Positions 36,890-49,391 of a stretch of 64,000 nt of DNA are shown piece by piece. Made by a program: the position numbers and the translations under genes. Origin of the DNA: Lytechinus pictus (taxonomy: Eukaryota); assembly GCF_037042905.1 (NCBI RefSeq), contig NC_087252.1, forward strand, positions 8,434,001-8,498,000, in the 5' to 3' direction. Under the pieces are notes generated by a model. The model saw only the letters and a list, made by a program, of their open reading frames with translations. It ran no database searches and was not told the DNA's origin. Every line of letters starts with the position of its first letter. The first letter of the stretch is position 1.

Positions 36890-38544
36890 TGTGTATATAT
36901 ATATATACATATAGTAAAAAAACCTTGTATCTCTATTAATATAGAAAAGTATTGGCCTCATCGCAATAAAAGGGTTAATACACGAGATTCTGAAATCACA
37001 CACAACATGCATAAGTTGTGTTACTTTTGGCTTGTTTCTTTCTTTAATAAGATTTTCAATCTCTCTCTATATGTTTTAGAAAGATTTTATGTTTAAATTG
37101 ATGTATATTTTCTGTTATAATGAGAAATAAGTGGACTTCAGGGAATGGTCGTGCGCAGCAAGGGGGTAGGGGGGGGGGCAAATTCGCGATCTGCTCTTGT
37201 GAAATACATTTTTGATTCCTTAACATTTCATGAAAACTATGAAAAATGTGCAAATGTGAGATGTGCACCAAATGATCGAGTCTTGCCCCCCCCCCCGGAA
37301 ATATTATCTGCGTGTGGTCATGCAAAATTGCATGACTGGAAATCCTACATTTTGAAAAGAGCATTTGACAGGGTCAGACTTTACCGTCCTTTTTCAACAT
37401 TTTCTTTTATGGCGCCGGTGAAGTGCAAAAATATGTGCGCCGCTCGGCAGTGCGCCCCGTCCCCTTTCGCCAAAAGCTGGATCCCCCTATGAATTGGTCA
37501 TTAGACCAAGTCTATAATATACCAATTGCAAATTAGACCAAATTGTTAGTATATGTTATTTGGATTTTATTTCAATAAAAACTATCAAAATACAATCGAC
37601 AGTCAAAGACTGAAAAGTGTGAATGTTTACAAGTAAAATAGTAACATAACAAAATATAAAGTAAACATTATAAATACATATTTAAATACAAAACAAATTC
37701 ATACAGATGAAAAAGAATTGTATCATAAGTAAATACCAAAGGCTATATATAACATAATTACTACAAAGTGTCACCAATGAAAGAATAGGGGGAGTGAAAG
37801 ATTAGGAAGAAAGAGGAGAAAGGAAAGGAAAAGTTATAGAAAAGGAAACATTCTTTAATTGGTGACACTTTGTAGTAATTATGTTATGGGTTAAGTCCAT
37901 ATGTTATTTGACAAACGGAGAATTAGTCCAACTGCTGTTAGACCAAGTGGATGAAAACCGAATTTTCCACGGGCTCTGCTGCTGTTCTCTATATTAGCCT
38001 CCATACAGGTAAATTGCCAGTTGGTCTAAACCCGATTTGACTAATGGCTGTTTAGCCTCATCCTATACATGGTCTAATTCCATTTCGTCTACAACCAGTT
38101 TACCTTTTGGTTTAATTGTCATTTTTCCATTTGGTCTGATTTTTATTTGGTCTAATATTTAATTGGTCCATAACACCACTTGGTGACAATTCCTGTAATA
38201 GACTTGGGATATTTACTTGGGATTTAGACGAAAAGGCGATTAGACCTTTTGGCTATTGGACGATTCGGCAATTATACCGACCAATTATATTCCTATACAT
38301 AAGACCAAGTGCAAGTTAGACCAAACTGTTACTAGAACAAATGGGATTAGCTCGTATGGTATTAGACGATCAGAGAGTTTGACCTACTGCTAGACCTAAG
38401 ACCTAGTGGATATACCCCCCCCAAAAAAAAACCACTAATAATAATACACATATGTACACACATACGCACACACACCCTTACCAACACAACACTTACCTCT
38501 AACAGAACGCACACAACCTTACCAAAAACAACGACACACATCAG

Positions 38545-38704
38545 GTGTGTGTTTCATAAAGCTGTTCGTAAAGTTACGCACAACTGGAGCATGATCTTAG
38601 GTGCGAAGTGAGCTACATAGGGATATTGTGGCGCAAGAAAGGTCACCAGTCGTTCGTAAAGTCTTGCGTAACTTGCGTAACGAACAGCTTTATGAAACTC
38701 CCAC
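38545..38704. mobile_element. Harbinger-like MITE (partial copy at ~62020-62175)
   Basis: gtttcataaagctgttcg / cgaacagctttatgaaac with cag flanks. Confidence 0.7.
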
Positions 38705-39064
38705 CAGGACACACATACACTACACGCCAGACTATGGGTGACAATTCGTGGTTCTAGCCCTTTTCTCAGTTTGCCGACCCAAATTGGCATAAAATGCTAA
38801 AAAATTGAGACCGGCACGTGCAGCACAAATTGTCGATGGGCGACAATTTGTGCAGGGGTGACAATTTGTGGTGCAACATCGGATCCGATTCCATAACTCC
38901 AGTTTGGAAGTAACGAATTGATGCAGATGTTCGAGGTTTCATTTGATCTCTGATCATGTCTTTAAATTGTGGTGACGTTAAAAGTCGGCCCGAGACGGCA
39001 TATCTTGACAGTAACAACTAAAACACACGCACCAACACTCACACACACCCAATCACACGCGCAC

Positions 39065-40025
39065 GCAATGTTATCATCTTAATTCCGCATATCGCTATCT
39101 TTCCTATTATTTCAAAGATGTTTATATTTTTCATTGAGGATTCAGTCAGACACAACTACTCATGATACATTCTTATGAGAAATACTCGTGCATAATGACT
39201 AGAAGAAACTTAAATAAACTAGTAACGACAAAACAGAGAAATACGAGTCCTGCATCTGACGAACATATGGATGGAACTCAATTACCTCTTGGTTGATTTT
39301 TGAACAGATGCCATTGAAAGGATGTTTGTCATTTACTGCGCATGTACGCCAAGTTGATCTGGGGAATTCCAATATGACGACACGGTCATGTGAACGCGGG
39401 TCAAATGTAACGTGGTTTTCCCCGTACAACCAATATTTTTTTTCCACACTACTGTTTTCTGTTTTTTTTTTTTTAGTTCCAGATAAAGGTAAAATTACAG
39501 GATTCATAAGTTTGGAATCTAGACCATGAGCAATTTCATGTTTAAAAGTGTACTAGGCTGCAAATAATATGATTTGAACAGAAAAGGCAAAATCAGTCAA
39601 ACAAAACACTGAAATTTCATCAGAACTCTATTCATCCGTTAGATATTCTTTGCTGGAACTTATTTCAGTTATAAGGGAGACATATCATACACACATGTAG
39701 GCCTATCTATGAGAATATGACAAAAAAGTACGATTTCATGTAATAACATGTTGTTGAAAAAAAAATTGACCTTCGGAAAATTCCCTCATGAAATGCACCC
39801 CTTTTTATCGCTTGAGGATAACATTCTTTTAACATGTTTTAAACTGTAATTTGAGTTAAGCATATGGTTGGTATTATTGATAAAATGCTTCCACTACAAC
39901 TATACCATTATATATAACATTTTTACACACTACCTTTTATATTTCATACACTGAATGCAGAAATAAAAGCAATCAATCAATCAATCAATCAATCATCGAT
40001 CGATCAATCAATCAATCAATCAATC
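39065..40025 (+). repeat. Locally triplicated ~0.9-kb segment, copy 1 (copy 2 split at ~52495-52700 and ~55285-55990; copy 3 ~63070-63890)
   Basis: Shared sequence such as gaaatacgagtcctgc, ggggaattccaatatgacgacacggtcatgtgaacgcgggtcaaatg and gaccttcggaaaattcc. Confidence 0.85.
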
Positions 40026-43000
40026 ATTAAACAGAGCAATATGTTATCGTGGAAAAGGGATGAGAGCAGGCATTTTTCATCCCCCGAGGACACTGTAAGG
40101 TGGGAGTGAAATGCCTGTTTTAATGCTTCTTTGCTGAACAAAGTTCTCTATTAATTCTACGACGTGCTCCGTCAGGGGCAAAATTATAACCCCCAAAACA
40201 CAATAATTTCTACAAAATTAAAAGAAAATCACCATCAGTGAACAGCGCGGATTTCAAAACAAGTTTCAATTCACTTCGAATATACGCTTGAATCAAGAAG
40301 AGGAAAATTTAACCTAAGAAAAACAAATATATTTGCCATTACAAATGGCGGGGGAGTATTATGTGGGGCATATTATAATATATGAAATGTGAAATATTGT
40401 ACCATTTTTGTTGCCTTATGTGATTCAATGAAGAGTTTCCCTATTGTCAAATATCAGCAGAAATCCAATGAAGTTTGCAGTTTTTATTTACAAAATCTTC
40501 AAAACAGTTATGTTAGCTGCAAATATTTTCATGATCTTTGAAGCTCACCAACAATAAATGAATGGAATTTTTACATTTCTATATATAATAATACCCGGGG
40601 CGCTCGCAGATTTCTTTTCCAATTGAATTATAGCAATATTATTGAATTGCATGACCCAGACCATTCTATGTATTATTTATTCCCATATTCTTCCCATTTG
40701 CGTCCCCACAATATGAAATAGTGTTATCATTAACATTCTGTTTTGGACCATTTCCTCAATCATTGTATTCCCAGCCTGTAGACAATCTTACAAACATGAC
40801 AAATGAGTTACCGGTAAAACATCCTTGTTTCGCTTTCAGTATATAATTTGTACGGGCAGCTCACACTCTCATAAAGCCATTTCGTTATAATTGAAAATTG
40901 TCGAACATTTGTAATTGCTAGATATTTTAATGAGGTTTGTTATGGAAATAATTGTTTATAAATTGGAGGCGTGTCCGGCTTAAGAGCGGAGTCGAAAAGA
41001 GATTAGGTCCATTTAAAGTTGAAATTCCCATTAAAAAGTGAAGAAAAAAAATTGGAAAGAAAAATCACTTTTTTCAAAAGGGGTTAGTTCCATTTCAGTT
41101 TGGTTGCAAAAGGGGTTAGGTCTAAAATTATATTTTTTGGGAAAATAATATTTTCTAAAAATACGAAGACAGGTAAAATTATTTTAGACCCATTTTTATG
41201 TTTACATGGTAGGGTATCAAGAAAATTTGGTTTCGCATAAGAATATTGCAGTATGGGAGAATAAAAAAAGTGATTTTATTGGAGTGGACCTAACCCCTTT
41301 TGCAAAAAAACTCTTCTAAAGAGCTAATTTGTCAAAGAGGGTTAGGTCCATTTTTTAATAAATTTTATTGTTTTCTGTCTCAAAACCTATAGATTTTTAG
41401 TCGCTCTGATGATACCAAAGAAAATTTGAAATTCACATTAAAACGTGAATAAAAGTGGCAAAGAAAAATCACTTTTATATTCAAAAGAGATTGGATTCAA
41501 TTCAGTTTGCTTGCAAAAGGGGTTAGATCCACAATGAAAAGTTTTGAAAATAAATAGAAAAAAAATGAATACAGGTAAATTTCTTTTATACCCAATTTGA
41601 TTTTCACGTGATAGGGTAGTACATCATGACAGTGGCTGAGCCAAAAGTGGGGGGGGGGGGGCTGACCATGCTAAAAATCACAATCATATGGTAATTTTTA
41701 CGTTTTTGTACACGGTTCTGGAAAAAAGTGGGGGGGAGTGGGGGGGGGGGCTGAAGCCCCCCCAGCCCCCCGGTTCCGCGGCCCCTGAGTGAGAATAAAA
41801 AACATGATTTTTCTCGGAATGATCCAAAGTGGACCTAACCCCTTTTGCAACCAAACTCTTTAAATATTGATATATACGAGTAACGGAGTCTCGCCTGCAT
41901 GACGCGATTCATTATAAATAGAAGCAACGCTAACTTTTAAACAAAAGCTATGATGAATAAATTTTCGAATTGGGAGAGGGGAAAAACAACATTTGTTTGA
42001 TAATGAAGTGCTAAGGTTTATGGACCTCAAAGGTGTGGGAGATTATAGGGCCTCTAAACAAAAATGCATCTAATACTAATGACAGAGAATATAGTGAACA
42101 TAATATCCTAAGTCGTTTTAAATCATGGTACAATCCGACATATCGGAAGAGGAAGGAAATGGGCACCTATACCCCCCCCCCAAAAAAAAAAAAACCACCT
42201 GGCACGTTAGACGGGAAGGGGTACTAAAAAAACGAGAAAAATGAAAACATTGAAAATGAATCAACACTCGATCCGGACCAGAGACGTGATTAACATAAAT
42301 GGAAGAGTGACATTGATTAAAGTTAAACGAGGGGGTCTCAAACAGTAAAGTTTTATTTATAAATGAGTTAAATACGGGGCACTTCAATCATCAGGAAAAA
42401 CAGTATCATTTTACAATATGAAGGCAGAGTGCGTCAATCGAAATAGACAAGCTGGATGGAGCTCGTGTAAGAGAAGAAGGGGATTTATTTTAAATGTAAA
42501 AGGGGAAAAAAAAATAAATGACTCTTCTTTAATGGAGCTGTGATATTTACTTGATGTAATGAAAGTACCTTAAAAGTAATATGAAGTTATATCAAGATGA
42601 TTAAACAAATCATTTATTTTACTTACACCCCTTTACTAAATTATATTATTAGATTAAATTAAAATGATTAAACTGAATTAATGAGCAAATAGTAAGGGCG
42701 GGAGGTTTTAAGATTTTCAAGATTAAATCAAAATATAGTTCCAAAAATAACAAATCAATATTTAGCGGACATGCACCTGGTGTAAGAAATGAAATAATAT
42801 TCAACATGGAAATGAATTTAAGGGTAAAACAAGGAGCGGATTTGTAATGAACTTGCCTGAGATGTACAAATACAAATATAAAAAAGTAATAAGTATATTG
42901 TAAAATGGTTTTTTTTTGTCTCCTTCAACATTTATCGTTCAAATGAAGGTGAAAAAAAATCAATGAAATCACACAATGTATGCCTACATAATTATACATG

Positions 43001-43072
43001 ATGTAGTGACTATGCAAGATTTAGGCGCTCTCACCTATAATGCCATAAGCCGTACGTTATTCATTTACTCAT

Positions 43073-43309
43073 TCGAGTAAGTGAATGATTTGTACGTATT
43101 TTACCATCTCTTACTCGGGAGCGTGAGTGATTGAACAATTTTATCCAATCAGAGAGCTGGAATCGTTGTCGAGACCCCGCTCACTGAGGGTGATCTCGAC
43201 AACGATTCTCGACAACGATTCTCGACGACGATTCCAGTTCTCTCATTGGATCACTCACTCTCCCGAGTAAGAGATGGTAAAATACGTACAAATCATTCAC
43301 TTACTCGAC
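43073..43309. repeat. Near-perfect long palindrome (MITE-like)
   Basis: tcgagtaagtgaatgatttgtacgtattttaccatctcttactcggga and its exact reverse complement at 43261-43309; inner arms also pair. Confidence 0.85.
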
Positions 43310-43386
43310 ATGCCCGTGTGAGTGAAGGAATGACGACATGAGCGGTCCGTCATACTCATCCGCTATTTACTTGCTTGACTACTTAC

Positions 43387-43432
43387 ACGTTGCCTTGCCG
43401 AATAACCCCACGGAAATAATGAAGATAACCAT
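43387..43432 (-). CDS. Ig-superfamily receptor gene, putative exon 1: signal peptide
   Basis: caagccATGG context; reads MVIFIISVGLFGKAT then phase-1 donor T|GTAAGT. Joins the V exon as ...KATS-FELHT. An in-frame upstream ATG near 43529 is an alternative start. Linkage across 20.5 kb is inferred. Confidence 0.6.
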
Positions 43433-43549
43433 GGCTTGATAAGTTATGGATGTTGTGCATTTGAGAGGCCTGACACCGACGTTGTCAGGTTTAGAGTTCT
43501 GTATTCCTTGTCTGAGTTTGCGACGCATGTTTGAATAAGAACGACTATA

Positions 43550-46500
43550 TAGTCCAGTCAATATAGAGTTTGACCCACCACTAATTGCAACACGATATAT
43601 TCCACTGCAATTATTTCAAGGAAGGTCCCCTAAACAACATACTAAAAGTCCCAAGAAATCCAAGCAGTGGAAATTTATGAAATTTGCATATTTTGCAAAT
43701 TAGCCATAAAAAGTTAGAAAAATAAGGAAAATAGCCCAAAGATTACAAATTGAGTGTCCAAAACAATGTAATTTGAGCGAAAATCCATGATAAATAATTG
43801 TATTCAATGTTCTTTGTCAAAAGTGCAAAAAATCTACCTCATTTGCATAATATGCAAATAAGCATCCTTATATGGAAAAATGTCAAGGTATTGTGATTTT
43901 TCTCTCATTAACTGCTTGAAAATTTCATTAATATTGAAATTTACATGCTGCTATCACTAAGGACGTTGAATACATTTGCATTCAGCTTAGTGTCTGTAGT
44001 GTAATTTGCATATTATGCAAATAAAAGTATCTAACATGTTATAAATATTCAAGAAAACACACTGGTGATACATCCCTCAAAAATTGCAAGTAGATTATCT
44101 ATTGAAATTGGAATATGGCAAAACATTACAGGAAGGTTTCCTAAACACCATATTAAAAGTCCTTAAATATACGAGCATATAGGAAAATCACAAAATTTGC
44201 ATTTTATGCAAATTAGCCATAATAAATTACGAATAAGGAAAATAATCCAAATATTGGAAATCAAGTGCAGAAAACAATACGAATTGAAATGAAGCCCATG
44301 ATAAGTTTTACAAATTTAGTTATTTTTAAAATAAGAAATCGTAAATAAATCTACCTCATTTGCATATATATGAGCATTTTTATATGGAAAAAAAAATCAA
44401 GAAATTTTGACTTTCTCACAAAAACAGTTATGAAAACATTTCAGTCTAGATCAATATGATGTGATCACTAATAATGGCAAAAACTTTAATAATCAGCTTA
44501 ATATCTTAAGTGTAATTTACATATTATGCAAATAAGCATCCGACATGTTATAAATATTCAAGGAAACACATAGTGATACTTTCCTCTAAAATTTCATGTA
44601 GATTATGTGTATTAACCATGATGACCTTCCCTACACTTCTTGCTTGGTTGATATTGACTTTTGTCACGAGCAGTTACCCCACCCATATTGTACAATGATG
44701 AGTCCATTCTACATGGATCCCACCGCTTGAATGCTTCATTATTTCCATCCAAGTCTTGCTCTCTATTTGAATTTGTAGAGACTTTGCGTTTCTTGCGAGT
44801 ATAGTCCACGCTAGCATGCTCCTGGATTGCCAAGTGATTAGCACAAGATGTCACACCCGTACAAATAAAAGCCCGTTAGCTTCGAATATTTGGTCCTTGT
44901 AGCACACCACTTGGCTTATAAACTTGGGGTCCTTGTATTTAAAGCGCTTAACGATAAATCTCCACCCTACACATCAGATCGAGCTCTTATCTCAGCAAAG
45001 ACCAACACGCAGTCTCAGATCAGCAGATCAAGCATTGCTGAGGGAATCTCTCAGCCACACAACGTGGGGTGACAGAGCCTTCTACATCTCTGGACCAAAG
45101 CTGTGAAATAGCCTTCCCCAATTTATCAGGAGAGCAGAGACCCAATCAGTTTTGAGTCGTACCTTTCTGTTCCCCACTCCAACATTATCCCAAGAATAAC
45201 TCAATTGTAGCATTACTAGAACAGTACTTGAACTGAATGATGATCCTAAGCACTGTAGTGACTGTTTGAAGACATTGAAATTTGTGAGATATTCCCTATT
45301 TTTGAGCAAGCGCCATGAGCGCCCAGCTGAGGCGGATACCGGCGCTTTACAAGAACCCACCATCATCATCATCATCATCACTTGTCTTGGTGGTGAATAT
45401 GAGTACTTGCTTGGATCACAAGATCTCTGGGCATGCTTAATAAGAGTAACAATGGGCATTTGCCTATACGAGCGACATGAACATGATGAAAGCCATTCAT
45501 AAATTCATGATGAAGGCTTAAAGTGCATTATAGGCATCTTTCTCAGATACAGGAATCGTGATTAGACGTTCTTGCTGAATCCATTTTCTGTTCTTTCCTA
45601 TTTGATAAATCTCCTATGGCAACCATCTCCAAATATTAAAGCTATAGTTTCTAAGTAAATCGTATGCAAATAATAATATTAATGTCCTCATATTTATGGT
45701 AAACAGAAATTCCTCAGTGAGACAATGAACAAACCAGATGGAGGACTAAGCCAGATTATTGCCTTTCCAACAAGAGGACACAACACAATGGAACACCCTT
45801 AACATCACCATCAAATACCATCCAACATTGATCAGACAGTGTGTACCACTTCCAGGATACTGTGAGGTTATCCAGAGGAATAAACCTTTTAGTAATTATG
45901 GTACGACTAAGGATGTTCTTCTGGAGGAATGCTGACTTTAATAGTGTCATGCAGATGTACTTTGGACAATCATACAACTCTCTGTACTGAAATCCGACAA
46001 GTCGAGCATAGGAGACTGAATGCCAATGAAGAGGACTTTAACAAGAACACACCGTTAACCATGTCTTCTTCCGACACAAGTTTCCTCAATGGACAATGGA
46101 CATAAGTTGTGTCGGAAGATGTCAAGAGTTTTAGAGAAAGGCTAGGAAGGCTTGCACATTTCAGAGCTCCAAGAGCATCAGTAAGGTAAAGCTCAGAATT
46201 GCTACAATGCATTAAAGAGGACCATAAGAGGGTTTGTAGACAGGCCTATAATACATAATTTGTTGACCGGATCGACAATGATCCAGGCTGTAACAATTAG
46301 CATGTTGGGAGCCCATAATATCAATAGCTATGACTACATTGGAATAGCATTATTAAAGGAAGGCAAAGATTTTTAGTCTTAGTATTCACCACTGATCATG
46401 ATGATGATGATGATAACGCTGCTCTACAAGTCCTGGGACCCAGTCCTGACCCAGATATGGCCAGACAACATATTGTTTAGTCAAACAGGTGTAGCCAGAC

Positions 46501-47581
46501 TACTGAAGAAATTGTTAAAGAAAACACCCTGCATGAAGCTATTAGGCCAGACGGAATCTCTGCTACACTTCTTAATGAGACTACTCATCAGATCTTACCT
46601 GCCATAAGTTTGCTTTTCCTGGCCTCCCTTTATCATGTTTATACGGTGAATTTTCAACAAAGTATAAGTCGTTCCCATCCAAGGTTGTCAACTCTAACAA
46701 ACTACACACCAGTTCAAATACTGTGCTTTGTTCTTGCCGTATCCATCATCTTGTCAGACTAACAACGCGGCTTAGGAAGCGAAGAACATATTTCCAGCAT
46801 TTTTCCTTGAATATAAATCATATTATGATAGATTTGAATGCTTAGTGATAGCAGCATATTAATTTGAAAAACTGATATGTTTTCACTGCAGTCAATGTGA
46901 TAAAAATCAAAATTTCTTGACATTTTCCATATAAGGATACTTATTTGCATAATATGCAAATGAGGCAGATTTTCTAGCTTTTTTTAAATAAAGACATTGA
47001 ACTTATAATTATTCATCATGAACTTTTGTTCAAAATTACTTGCTGTGGACATTTAATTTGTAATCTTTGGATTAATTTCCTCATTTTATATTTTTTTAAT
47101 GGCTAATTTGCATAATATGCAAATCAATTTTCAGGCATTGGGATGAATTCTCATGCTTAGTGATTTAGTAGCATATTAATGTCAACATTAATGAAATGTT
47201 TTCAAGCAGTCTATATGAGAAAAATCACAATATCTTGAATTTTTTCATATAAGAATGCTTATTTGCATAATATGCAAATGAGGTAGAAATTTTTGCACTT
47301 TTGATTAAAAACATTGAATTCAGTTATTTATCATGAATTTCCATTCAAATTAAATTGTTTTGGACATTTATTTTATAATATTTGGATTATTTCCCTTCTT
47401 TTTCTAATTTTTCATGGCTAATTTGCATAATATGCAAATTTCATAAATTTCCACTGCTTGGATTTCTTGGGACTTATAGTATGTTGTTTAGGGGACCTTC
47501 CTGGAAAGCATTTCAGTGGAATATATCGTGTTGCAATTAGTGGTGGGTTACCCCCCTATTCTGGCTAGATTGACTGGACTA
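43550..47581 (-). mobile_element. Academ-like DNA transposon with long TIRs and decayed transposase
   Basis: Termini TAGTCCAGTCAAT / ATTGACTGGACTA with 3-bp TSD ATA; several-hundred-bp inverted arms. Minus-strand remnants RRFIK*ERTEN, HHEFMNGFH and DLVI..QVL resemble Academ transposase motifs as I recall them. Confidence 0.7.
44900..45380 (+). mobile_element. L2-type LINE 3' fragment inserted in the Academ-like element
   Basis: YKLGVLVFKAL, RSLRSAD, TWGDRAF..SGPKL; 3' agcgccatgag...gcgctttacaag and (CAT)n tail. Confidence 0.75.
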
Positions 47582-48903
47582 ATAGGGGAGAATTTCTCAA
47601 TTCCATGATGGTGCTCCCATTGTGAGGATTAAATCAACTGGTCATTCACCGTTGAGACCCTTAAGCTTGAAATATGACCATTATGGTATTATCATTTACC
47701 AGTGAAACTGTTCTTTCTTGTACCATCGAAAATAAAGTTCAGGAAATGCAGCCTGAGAATTAGCTACATGCAAATATTGGAACAAATGTGGTCAATGGTA
47801 CGATGTTAATGGCGCGAAATAAAAAGCATCGATGCATTTGAATAGATTCCCGATCACAGGCGTTTACGTGTCGTATCATGGAAACGCCCAGCACTAGTCT
47901 TGTCCTAAAGCTAATGTAGTTTTCTTCATTTGACAATGCACACAATTTATCAAAATTATTCTCATGGATTTCTTACATGGGCGGAGATCTCTCCTCAAAG
48001 GCGGGGGGGGGGCACAATCGAGTTTTCAAATGTTCTTATACACCCTCACACACACACACCCACACACACACACACACGAATATACCATATATATATAACA
48101 GGCACTTCTTAGCATGATTCTTATAAAACAAGATATATATAAATAACTAGTGCGAAGCGCGAGCTATTTTTTTTTTTTAATGTATTTTGTCCTGAAAATA
48201 TAACATTTTGAGCAAAGTTTGTGATCCTCAACAAGATGCGTATAGTAAAAATGACAATTTTGATATTCAGACCATATTAAAGACCAGACCATACAGATTT
48301 GTAAATCGAACAAAATAATGGAAGCTTGATTTCGAGATATGTTGTGCATAACGATTTAAAAATTGATATGTTAAGTTCTATATTAGCCTATTGAGCAAGA
48401 TAAATAGGCATATCTCATAGAATAAGATTTCCGGACCTTTATATGTATTTCTGTTAAATGTAAACATATTTTCATGATGAATGTGCAGTGTGTTTCGGGT
48501 GAGAGGTGATCAATTATTGTTGGAGTGGCCTTGTTCGGTGCTCATTTGTTCTTTGCTGCTGCAAGTGTCGGCGGCGGAACGGATGGGTGTAGAACATGGC
48601 CACTCTAGTATCGGTTGCCTTTTGCTTGAAACGCCCTGTAGGCCTATACTTTGTACAAAATTATGCTATGTGTGTATGATATGTTATGTCATTTATATCA
48701 TTGTTAAAATGTTTATGCAAATATATGCCCTATCGGAGGGAAATAAATAAAAGCTTTAAAAAAAATAATCTCATAGAACAGGCAATGCAATTAAGCACGA
48801 AGCGTGAGCGAAAATTTTATAGGACATGAAAGATGTTTTCCCCTCACCATATTTTATTTACTTGTCTTCCTCCACTTGTTTTTCCTCTTCCATTTTCCTT
48901 CTC

Positions 48904-48966
<63 letters not shown>

Positions 48967-49391
48967 CCCTTTTTTTTGTTGTAGCTCCTACCACTAGTAA
49001 AGGGGGGGGGGGGGGACATTGCTTTTGTGTCCTCATTTCAATGGGGGGGGGGGGGAGTCGCGTCCCCCCCGGGATTTCCGTCCATGATTCCATATAGGGC
49101 CTGTATATGCTATTGGGGATATGTGATGCCATACATGCAATCTGACCTATGGATTTTATGGATTTTCAAGCCTTGGTGATGTATTTGTTTTTATTAGACT
49201 ATAACCACTTTAGATATGCATTCAGAAATACATGATTTGATCAACCGTCTGGAGAGATTTACTCTGACCGAGATACGGGCCGAGATACATCTGGAAACCA
49301 GTATAGGAGTAGGCCTATTTATTGTCGGAGGAAGGTCGGAGTAATTATGTCCAGACGGGCACTACTCCGACCTTTCCACCGGTCCTTCCTC

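Noticed and set aside
39199..39507. 102-aa ORF repeated at 63103-63333 with a hydrophobic end
   Set aside because: Similarity is explained by the DNA duplication; the frame is not kept in copy 2 and there is no domain signature.
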